A stretch of 64,000 bases of DNA from Silvanigrellaceae bacterium (GTDB taxonomy: Bacteria; Bdellovibrionota_B; Oligoflexia; Silvanigrellales; Silvanigrellaceae): the NCBI GenBank assembly GCA_049423385.1, contig JBMSQQ010000001.1, positions 25,492 through 89,491 on the forward strand. Reading direction: 5' to 3'. The stretch's first letter is position 1, and the number at the start of each line of letters is the position of its first letter. This document shows, in pieces, positions 56,393-64,000 of the stretch. The position numbers and the translations under genes are program-made. The notes beneath the pieces are model-generated. The model was given only the letters and a program-made list of their open reading frames with translations. It made no database searches and had not been told where the DNA came from.

Positions 56393-57601
56393 ATGTTATA
56401 TTTTCGCGGAAAATTTTCGGAAAATACGGCAGCCGTCATCGCATCAATCGCTGTGGGAGCGCTGTTTGCAATTCATCTGAATTCGATGACTCCCGCCGTG
56501 GCTGCCGAGACAAAGACCTCGGTCAGCGAGGATATCTACAACAAACTCTTCAGCAAAAAACGGACAGGCGAAGCCGTCCAGAAAAGAGCAAGGTCAAACA
56601 CTGCAATCATGGGGATTCGCGGTCTCGACGACGATCCGGATGCTCCCATCAAGGCATCGGCGAACGCCAACATGCGGGCAGTCTATGATATGGAAGACAG
56701 CAGTGCCGATCCCAAAATCGTCGAGGAACTGGTCGCCAGGATCAAAGCAGAATCTGCAAACATCAAAAAGGAATCTCTCCCGCCGATCGTCAATGCCACG
56801 CAACCATCACCAGTCGAATTTGAAGGTGAAATTGATCTGGGCCGAAAAATGGCCGCACAGGTGCTTGGGGCAAATCAGACATACACAAACAAGATGGTGT
56901 CACGCTATATTCAGGCGCTCGTGAAGGTGCTTGCAGAAAACGGCACCACTGCGGGAAGACCCTATCGAGTCGCCATCTTGAATTCAGAAAAGATCAATGC
57001 GTTCGCCTGTCCAGGCGGATACATCTTTGTCACAAAAGGTGCACTCAAGGCGACCCGGAGCGAAGCTCAACTTGCTTCACTTTTGGGCCATGAGATTGTT
57101 CATGTGAGCAAACGACATCTCATCACGAGCATGCAAAAGAGAGTTTCCAATGGGTCCGATGGACAAGTAAAGGGATCCGTGGATCCCATTATTGAGAGGC
57201 GCAAAAGGATCAGAAACGAATCCGATTCCGACACCTCTGCACTTGCGCAACTCCTTGGACCCAAGGGAGTGGGGTTGAGCCTCCTTCAAGCGTCCTCGGA
57301 AGCACTCGACACCTTGCTGAGCAAAGGCTTGGAAAAGGAATTCGAACTCGAGGCCGACCGCCTGGGTCAGCAGATCAGTTCCTCGTTGGGTTATGATCCA
57401 AAATCGCTGCAAGGATTTCTGACCCAAATCATGGAAAAGCAGACGGGAAAGACAAATTCGACGTTCAACACCCATCCTCCTTATCAAGCCAGAATCGAAA
57501 ACCTTGGAAATTTCATCGGTCAGTTGGTCGCCGAAGCTGGGCCCGGGATTTCAGGATCACCGCTTTTCGCCGCAATGCAGATGGAGTTGACTCGTCCATG
57601 A
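56393..57601 (+). CDS. M48-family zinc metalloprotease (BepA-like), exported
   Basis: NAFACPGGYI, HEIVH, ELEAD, THP; N-terminal signal. Confidence 0.88.
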   Translation: MLYFRGKFSENTAAVIASIAVGALFAIHLNSMTPAVAAETKTSVSEDIYNKLFSKKRTGEAVQKRARSNTAIMGIRGLDDDPDAPIKASANANMRAVYDMEDSSADPKIVEELVARIKAESANIKKESLPPIVNATQPSPVEFEGEIDLGRKMAAQVLGANQTYTNKMVSRYIQALVKVLAENGTTAGRPYRVAILNSEKINAFACPGGYIFVTKGALKATRSEAQLASLLGHEIVHVSKRHLITSMQKRVSNGSDGQVKGSVDPIIERRKRIRNESDSDTSALAQLLGPKGVGLSLLQASSEALDTLLSKGLEKEFELEADRLGQQISSSLGYDPKSLQGFLTQIMEKQTGKTNSTFNTHPPYQARIENLGNFIGQLVAEAGPGISGSPLFAAMQMELTRP

Positions 57602-59049
57602 AAATGCCCGACGTAAAAAATTATCGACTTGCTGTCCTCGCTCTCACGGCGTGCACGCTTTCCAGGGTCGCATTTGCGGGTCCATACAATTTTTCCGATG
57701 TCTTGATAGGTGATCGGGCCATGGGAATGGGAGGCGCCTTTGCTGCTGTGGCGGATGATTCGTCTGCACTCCATTACAATCCGGCCGGATTGGGTTTTGC
57801 CACTTCTTCGAATTTGTCTGCAGCCGTGAACGCGTTTCAGTTCACGCGAAAAAACTATCAAAATGTTTTTGCTGGCAAAGAATCATTTTATGAAGACAGC
57901 CAGGACGTGATCCCTTCATTCACCGGCGGGGTCATCAATCTGGGAAGGTTTTCCGACGGTCTCCATGGTGCATTCACCTTGCAAAACCTGAGTCAACAGT
58001 CGGCCAACCAGAATGATTTTATCCGACTTCCAGAGCTGGGCGTCGAATTTCTTCATCGGGCCGAAAAATCCCAGACGAGCGAATTGGTTTTCAGTGTCGG
58101 TGCCGGCAAGAGGGTTCTTCCAAATTTGTCGGTCGGACTCAGCATCGGAGGTCGGCAGCTGACTTTCGACCAACAGCAGTTCCAGGATGTGACTCAGAAA
58201 GTCACTCCAAGAAACATCAAGGTTATAGACACAGTGGCTGCAAGCAAAACCCTGTATATTGGTCGTTCATTGAACACCAAGCAATCGGCAACTGCTGTGG
58301 CCGGGGAATTTGGTGGTGGGCTTCTCTGGGCTCCGTGGCCATGGTTGAGCATTGGATTCTCATCTCACGCAGACCTTTTGATCAAGCAATCCATGCGCAA
58401 CGAGGGCGATCAGATCTCGATTTTTCATTACAACGATTTAAGTTTGCCTGTTGCATCGGACTTCGAGGCTCTGCCCAACGCCACGGCCGAAAACGTGCAG
58501 AAAGACATCGATCTTTACAGCAATAAAATTCTTCAACGTGTCACAAGCAACAGTCAACCATCAAAAGTCGGCTTTACGATCAAGCCGCAGAGTGTCGAGC
58601 GTTCGGAAGGAATGAGCTACGGGCGCACCCGATTTCGATTGGGTTTGGCGGCGTTTCCGTCACCCAAATTGATGCTCACGCTCGACGTCGCCGGCTATCA
58701 TAGCCGCACCGAATGGATTCTCACGTCTGACACGATCACTGACAATGTCATGAACATCCATCAGGGGTGCGAATATTTTTTCACTCCGCAATTTTTTGTT
58801 CGCCAGGGTTTGTTCACGAATTTCGATGCAAGGCCTGAAGTGTTGAAGTCGGTGAAGAATCCTGAACACGTGGACTTTGCCGGAACAAGTTTTTTCCTTG
58901 GGATGCAAACGTCCGATTCGCAATTTTCGCTTGGTGGAATCTATCAATACGGCTGGGGGCGGGCCCTGAAACTCGAAGGGCAATCTACTGGTACACCTGT
59001 GCGGGAAAACAAAGTGCTGCTTGCATTTACTGCCAGTCACGGGCTTTAG
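57598..59049 (+). CDS. FadL/OMPP1-like outer-membrane beta-barrel
   Basis: Signal AFA|G; RAMGMGGAFAAVADDSSALHYNPAGL hatch motif. Confidence 0.82.
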   Translation: MKMPDVKNYRLAVLALTACTLSRVAFAGPYNFSDVLIGDRAMGMGGAFAAVADDSSALHYNPAGLGFATSSNLSAAVNAFQFTRKNYQNVFAGKESFYEDSQDVIPSFTGGVINLGRFSDGLHGAFTLQNLSQQSANQNDFIRLPELGVEFLHRAEKSQTSELVFSVGAGKRVLPNLSVGLSIGGRQLTFDQQQFQDVTQKVTPRNIKVIDTVAASKTLYIGRSLNTKQSATAVAGEFGGGLLWAPWPWLSIGFSSHADLLIKQSMRNEGDQISIFHYNDLSLPVASDFEALPNATAENVQKDIDLYSNKILQRVTSNSQPSKVGFTIKPQSVERSEGMSYGRTRFRLGLAAFPSPKLMLTLDVAGYHSRTEWILTSDTITDNVMNIHQGCEYFFTPQFFVRQGLFTNFDARPEVLKSVKNPEHVDFAGTSFFLGMQTSDSQFSLGGIYQYGWGRALKLEGQSTGTPVRENKVLLAFTASHGL

Positions 59050-59069
59050 GAATTTGGCACACGTGCGGT

Positions 59070-59411
59070 TCACTTGACTCCGAGTGAATCCGAAATCGTT
59101 TTGATCCACTGTGCGATTTGCATGGACAGCGCTTGCCAGTCGTGAGCCATTTGCTCAATGGATCCTGCCTCGTTTGCCAACGATTGCATGGCAACTGCAT
59201 CACTCACGTTGGGCCATTCCCCCGAGGCCAACTCGTTGCGAATTGTAGCCATGTGAAGCAGTAGTTCATTCTTGCGATCGGCATCGATACCCGATTTGTC
59301 GACCGCGTCCATCAGCTTTTCGAGTGAACCAATCCAATTTTGGATTTGTGCAGCCTCGGGGTCCTTTTCCAAGTTCTCGATTTTCCGACCCTGGGTGTCT
59401 TGAGTTGACAT
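59070..59411 (-). CDS. Hypothetical helical protein
   Basis: GGGAG RBS before ATG (MSTQDTQ); protein-like composition. Confidence 0.6.
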   Translation of the reverse strand: MSTQDTQGRKIENLEKDPEAAQIQNWIGSLEKLMDAVDKSGIDADRKNELLLHMATIRNELASGEWPNVSDAVAMQSLANEAGSIEQMAHDWQALSMQIAQWIKTISDSLGVK

Positions 59412-59642
59412 GACTTGACTCTCCCTGAAAACAATGGACCCCGAATCGCTTTTGGCCCGCTGCCGAAGCCGAGGCTGTTCCCTCATTTCTCGCCCAATGA
59501 GCAAGCTTTCGAAAGGTGGCAAGCTTCCCGGCATGTCAGAAAGGTGGACTCTTTTCGAAAAACAACAAATATTCAGAGATCATCTGTGCCCGCCCCGTGC
59601 GCAGTGGTTCAAATTTTCCTACTCTCCTGGGAGGGAGGCCAT

Positions 59643-60209
59643 ATGCAGAGAATTCGCAAAAATTGTTGGACAGTTGTTGCCATCACCGTCGTTGTCCACA
59701 GTTTATCCACAGCGTGTGTCACCGGCCGAATAGACGCGCGGGAACGGTCCGGCAGCGACAACCCTCGCCTCTATTGGAAAGTGTATCCAAAGTCTGACAA
59801 CACGTTCTACATCCTGCCGAGGCCCGAGTTGACCACGACGCTTTCAACCCCATCGGAAATGAACAACCTGCGCAAGGATCAGGCCGAACAGATGGCCGGA
59901 AAACTCAACGCGGGTTTGCAATTTTCAGTTCAAGTTTCGAACGAAGCCGGATCACGCATGGTCCGGGTCAGTCCCGAGCCACTGATCGAAGACATCATCG
60001 ACGCCTGCAAGACGCAAGGCCGTCATCCGTTCCTCGAGGGTCGTTGCAAAAAGGAATTGGCCTGGGCAGCAAAAGGTGAGCGTCCGGATATTTACTTGCA
60101 GTTCGACGATTGTGAGGCGGTGGCATTCGCCTCAGCACTCAACAGAATCTATGGCAAAGTCATGCCGTCAACCAACCTCTGTCCAGCCTGGCATCAGGTC
60201 GAAAAATAA
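59643..60209 (+). CDS. Hypothetical lipoprotein (Cys-rich C-terminus)
   Basis: GGAGG RBS; signal with lipobox STAC. Confidence 0.6.
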   Translation: MQRIRKNCWTVVAITVVVHSLSTACVTGRIDARERSGSDNPRLYWKVYPKSDNTFYILPRPELTTTLSTPSEMNNLRKDQAEQMAGKLNAGLQFSVQVSNEAGSRMVRVSPEPLIEDIIDACKTQGRHPFLEGRCKKELAWAAKGERPDIYLQFDDCEAVAFASALNRIYGKVMPSTNLCPAWHQVEK

Positions 60210-63200
60210 CGCGCCTGGTGGTGATGGATGACCAGGGCAGAAGTGCTCTGCTCGGGAACCATCTGGTGGCTCTCCGACAAGGTCACGCCAATATCCTCTG
60301 CCTTGAGAAGCTTCAACAACGGTTCATTGAGCTCCATGTCGGGACATGCCGGATATCCAAACGAATATCTTGAACCCTGATAACCCTGGCTGAACAATGC
60401 CCGCTTGTTTTTCGCATCGCGTAAATGAATCCCAAGTTCACGCCGAATCTGTGCATGAATCAATTCAGCATAAGCCTCGGTCAGTTCAGTCGACAAACCG
60501 TGCAAGTAAAAATACTCGCTGAATTGGTTGTCTGCGTAGGCTGCATGCGCGGTTTTGCTTGCCACGTGACCCATGGTCACCAACTGAACCGCAAGGACAT
60601 CAACCAATCCCGTGGATTCGTTTGCAACAAAGTCTGCAATGCACAACTGGCGCCCATTGGACTGCCGGGGAAATTCAAAGCGGGCAACGACTTCACGCTG
60701 TTCTGGCGAACGATCCCACGAACGCGATTCCGGAGCATAAACCACAATCTCGTTGGCTCCGCGGCTGCAGGCCGGGAAATAACCATAAAGAGCGGCCGGA
60801 TGCAGTGTGCCCTCGCGGATCACTTGTTCGCGCAAGCGCTCAAACGTTGGCATCGCCTTTTCCTGGAGAACCTTTTCAAACTCGACGTCACTCAACTGCC
60901 CTTGGGCGAAACCCCAGCGACTGCGCAGCAAAGCAAAATCATCGAGGTACTCAAAAAGTTCAGGAAGTGAATGTTCAACCTTGCGCACGCCCCAGAATGG
61001 CGGTTTTGGAACAACTGCATCGCGGCGAACCCAGCTGCTTTGGCCTTGGGCATCAAGGTCCACTTTTTTATCGCCACGGCGAACCACCACCACGCCACGT
61101 TGACCAGAGCCTTCACCACCAGCACTCGCGAGCTTGGCCTTGCGCGCCGCCAACAATTCATCCACTCCACCGGAACAAATCTTTTCCATCAGATGAAGGC
61201 CTGCAAAAGCATCTTCGGCATAAAATACGGGACCCGGATAAACAGCCTGGCATTCGCGCTCCACAAAATCCCGGGTGAGGGCGGCTCCACCCAGAATGAC
61301 CGGAGTCTTGAAACCATGCGTTGCCATATACTCGAGATTTTCCTTCATGATGACGGTCGACTTGACGAGCAATCCCGACATGCCAATCGCATCTGCGCCT
61401 TGCGAACGATAAGTTTCAACGATGCTTTCAATGGGCTGCTTGATGCCGAGATTCAGAACCTCAAAGCCATTGTTCGACAGAATGATCTCGACAAGGTTCT
61501 TGCCAATGTCATGCACATCACCCTTCACTGTGGCGAGTATGATTCGACCCTTTTTATAGCCGTCGGCTTTTTCAATATAGGGTTCGAGAACACGCACTGC
61601 GGCTTTCATCGCCTCCGCGCTTTCCAGAACAAAAGGCAGCTGCATCTGGCCCGAACCAAAGCGCTCACCAACGGTCTTCATGCCGTCAAGAAGAATGTCG
61701 TTGATGATCGTCAACGGCGGATGCATCTTCAGAGCTTCGAGCGCATGCGCGCCGATCTGCCCCTTGCGGCCATCGATGATGTCGATCTTCAGCTTTTCCT
61801 CGACCGGCAAATTTTCATCGTCCACCGACCTCTGCATGCGGGCATTGGGGTCGGAAAAGATATTGAGAATTTCCTTGAGGGGATCCGCAATTTCGCTGCG
61901 CTGGTTGAACAACAACGCCTCAAATATTTTCCTGTGTTCGGCCGAGATGCGCGCGACAGGGACAATCTTTGACGCATTCAAAATCGCCATCGTCAGGCCA
62001 CGGTCGACAGCGTGATAAAGCATCAAGGAATTGAGGATCTGTCGCGGCCAGGCCTTCAAGCCAAAACTGACATTGCTCAATCCGAGAATCGTCTTGACCT
62101 GAGGCCAACGCTTTTGGATGCCAGCGATCGCATCGATGGTTTCAACCGCCGAATTGCGCCACTCGGCCTCTCCACTTCCAAGTGTGAAGGTCAACGGATC
62201 GATAATCAAATCCTCTGGCGCAAAGCCATATTCACCAACCACGAGATTGTAGAGGCGTTCGGCAATCTTCAACTTCTCTTCGCAGGTTTTTGCCATTCCC
62301 TTTTCATCGATGGTCAAGGCAACCACCGCAGCACCGTACTCCCGACACAAATCAAGTATGCGGCGCGGCTTTTCCTCGCCATCCTCAAAGTTGATGGAAT
62401 TGACGATGCATTTTCCGGGAGCAAGTTGAAGTGCTGCCTCGATGACGGGAACTTCGGTCGAATCGATCATCAGCGGAATGTTGACCTGAGTCACCAACCG
62501 CTTGAGGAACTCGCTCATGTCACGCTTTTCATCACGCGAAACATAGGCAACACAAACGTCCAGAATGTGTGCGCCTTCCTTGGATTGCTCCTTGGCGATT
62601 TCAACCATGGTATCGAAATCGTCGCGCGCCAACGCCTCGCGAAATGCCTTGGAGCCGTTGGCGTTGGTCCGTTCGCCCACGTACAAGGGACGAGGCTCGA
62701 GCGAGAGTGAGACGGAATTGTAGAGCGAACTGACAGAACGTTCGTAGCGCCCCGGGCGCACCGGAGCATTGAGTCTTCCCCGAACGTCTGCAAGCGCCTT
62801 GATGTGTTCCGGCGTGGTTCCACAACACCCACCCAAAATGTTCAGGCCAAAATCCTTGCCAATGCCAAGCACACGTTCAGCAAACGGCACGGGTCCGAGT
62901 GGATAAAAAGTTTGGCCATTTCGGTTTTCGGGCAAACCCGCATTCGGCAAGCAGCTCACCATCATCGGAGCCGACTCGCACAGATAAGCCAAGTGCGGAC
63001 GCATCTCGTCGGGACCAGTGGCACAATTCATGCCAATGACATCCACTCCCAACATTTCTATCGTGGCGAGCGCAGCTTGAATATCAGAACCCACAAGCAT
63101 TGTGCCGGTGGTTTCAATCGTGAGTTGAACCCAAATCGGAATTTTTTTCTGCATGGCGCGCATCGCATTGTGCGCGGCACGGACGGCCACCTTGATTTGT

Positions 63201-63691
63201 CCAAGATCCTGCGCCGTCTCGATCAGGATGGAATCGGCTCCTCCTGCAATCAAGCCGCGCATCTGTTCAAAATAACTTCGATACAGTGTGGGATAATCGA
63301 CCTGAAGCAGGGTCAACAATTTCGTTCCCGGCCCGACACTGCCGATCACCCATTTTTTCTCGGCAAAACTGTCTGCAACTTCACGGGCAATCTTCACGGC
63401 CTGAACGTTGAGATCAAAGACCCGATGCTCGAGTCCAAATTCCGCCATGACAATTTCGTTGCAGCCAAATGTATTGGTTTCAACAGCATCGGAACCGGCA
63501 CGAAAATAACTCTCATGAATTCCCTGAATCCACTCTGGCCGGCGCTCGTTGAGCAATTCAACGCAACCATCAAATTGCGCCCCACCATAATCCTCAAGCG
63601 TTGGACCATGGGCAAAAATCTGCGTGCCCATGGCTCCATCCAGGAGCAGAACTCTGTCGCGCAGGGCTGCGCTCAACGACACGTTTTTCAT
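60194..63691 (-). CDS. metH: Cobalamin-dependent methionine synthase
   Basis: DGAMGT, GGCCGT, GERTNANGS, GDVHDIGKN (B12-binding His), SGLL, RYSFGYPACP, PEQSTSA. Confidence 0.97.
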   Translation of the reverse strand: MKNVSLSAALRDRVLLLDGAMGTQIFAHGPTLEDYGGAQFDGCVELLNERRPEWIQGIHESYFRAGSDAVETNTFGCNEIVMAEFGLEHRVFDLNVQAVKIAREVADSFAEKKWVIGSVGPGTKLLTLLQVDYPTLYRSYFEQMRGLIAGGADSILIETAQDLGQIKVAVRAAHNAMRAMQKKIPIWVQLTIETTGTMLVGSDIQAALATIEMLGVDVIGMNCATGPDEMRPHLAYLCESAPMMVSCLPNAGLPENRNGQTFYPLGPVPFAERVLGIGKDFGLNILGGCCGTTPEHIKALADVRGRLNAPVRPGRYERSVSSLYNSVSLSLEPRPLYVGERTNANGSKAFREALARDDFDTMVEIAKEQSKEGAHILDVCVAYVSRDEKRDMSEFLKRLVTQVNIPLMIDSTEVPVIEAALQLAPGKCIVNSINFEDGEEKPRRILDLCREYGAAVVALTIDEKGMAKTCEEKLKIAERLYNLVVGEYGFAPEDLIIDPLTFTLGSGEAEWRNSAVETIDAIAGIQKRWPQVKTILGLSNVSFGLKAWPRQILNSLMLYHAVDRGLTMAILNASKIVPVARISAEHRKIFEALLFNQRSEIADPLKEILNIFSDPNARMQRSVDDENLPVEEKLKIDIIDGRKGQIGAHALEALKMHPPLTIINDILLDGMKTVGERFGSGQMQLPFVLESAEAMKAAVRVLEPYIEKADGYKKGRIILATVKGDVHDIGKNLVEIILSNNGFEVLNLGIKQPIESIVETYRSQGADAIGMSGLLVKSTVIMKENLEYMATHGFKTPVILGGAALTRDFVERECQAVYPGPVFYAEDAFAGLHLMEKICSGGVDELLAARKAKLASAGGEGSGQRGVVVVRRGDKKVDLDAQGQSSWVRRDAVVPKPPFWGVRKVEHSLPELFEYLDDFALLRSRWGFAQGQLSDVEFEKVLQEKAMPTFERLREQVIREGTLHPAALYGYFPACSRGANEIVVYAPESRSWDRSPEQREVVARFEFPRQSNGRQLCIADFVANESTGLVDVLAVQLVTMGHVASKTAHAAYADNQFSEYFYLHGLSTELTEAYAELIHAQIRRELGIHLRDAKNKRALFSQGYQGSRYSFGYPACPDMELNEPLLKLLKAEDIGVTLSESHQMVPEQSTSALVIHHHQARYFST

Positions 63692-63696
63692 AATTT

Positions 63697-63993
63697 TCAA
63701 CTTCCGATGTAATCGATGGAAACGTTGCCATGAATGCAAAATTGACAACCGAGGCGTTCATCCGCATTGGCCCCGAGGGACGACAGAAAATCACGCTCCT
63801 CGGGTGTCGGCGACGACAAGTTTTCCTGCCCGTCGACAATCCGCACACGGCAGGTACCGCAAGTGCCGCTCTTGCAACCAAACGTCACATCGGCACCCGC
63901 TGCCTCAACCACATCGGACATTTTTGTTCCGTGCGGAACCTCAACTTCCAAATCTTCGAGAACGAATACCACGCGCGATCTTTGCTGAGTCAT
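63697..63993 (-). CDS. 2Fe-2S ferredoxin
   Basis: CKSGTCGTC...RLGCQ. Confidence 0.9.
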   Translation of the reverse strand: MTQQRSRVVFVLEDLEVEVPHGTKMSDVVEAAGADVTFGCKSGTCGTCRVRIVDGQENLSSPTPEERDFLSSLGANADERLGCQFCIHGNVSIDYIGS

Positions 63994-64000
63994 TTCGAAC

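Noticed and set aside
59703..59711. Single TTATCCACA DnaA box
   Set aside because: Isolated and inside a coding region; plausible by chance.
60425..63712. Several 180-330 aa plus-strand ORFs
   Set aside because: Antisense to the highly conserved metH; explained by codon bias.
1..64000. CRISPR arrays, IS elements, prophage or defence systems
   Set aside because: No regularly spaced repeats, transposase, integrase or phage structural genes were recognised.

Overview
A gene-dense, mostly housekeeping chromosomal segment. I saw no transposase, integrase, prophage or CRISPR array. Gene content and MCP style suggest a Bdellovibrionota/Oligoflexia-like Gram-negative bacterium (inference). It carries class II RNR (nrdJ), a CheA-CheW-MCP module, tRNA-Pro(CGG), prc, fur, mdh, ubiE/menG, cobU, surE, a KamA/EpmB radical SAM enzyme, a type IV pilin, rplM-rpsI, scpA, lgt, a membrane-arm-only nuoA-H-J-K-L-M-N cluster, hutG, metB-like, nadC, a MacA-MacB-TolC-MacB exporter and metH. 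Main points of interest: (1) a 36-aa Arg/Lys-rich ORF missed by the ORF track (21955-22065), with a perfect RBS and its own terminator, converging on rplM-rpsI, a candidate lineage-specific ribosomal or nucleic-acid-binding protein; (2) a 995-aa BirA-CoaX-RluA triple fusion; (3) lgt coupled to an sn-glycerol-1-phosphate dehydrogenase homolog, which could recycle the Lgt by-product; (4) several full-length homologs with altered catalytic residues (His-less CheA, rewired pyruvate kinase, ArgH-like, His-less CobU); (5) a terminator-bracketed DnaA-box cluster and sigma-28-like promoters upstream of surface-protein genes. All calls come from motif recognition by eye; no database searches were run.
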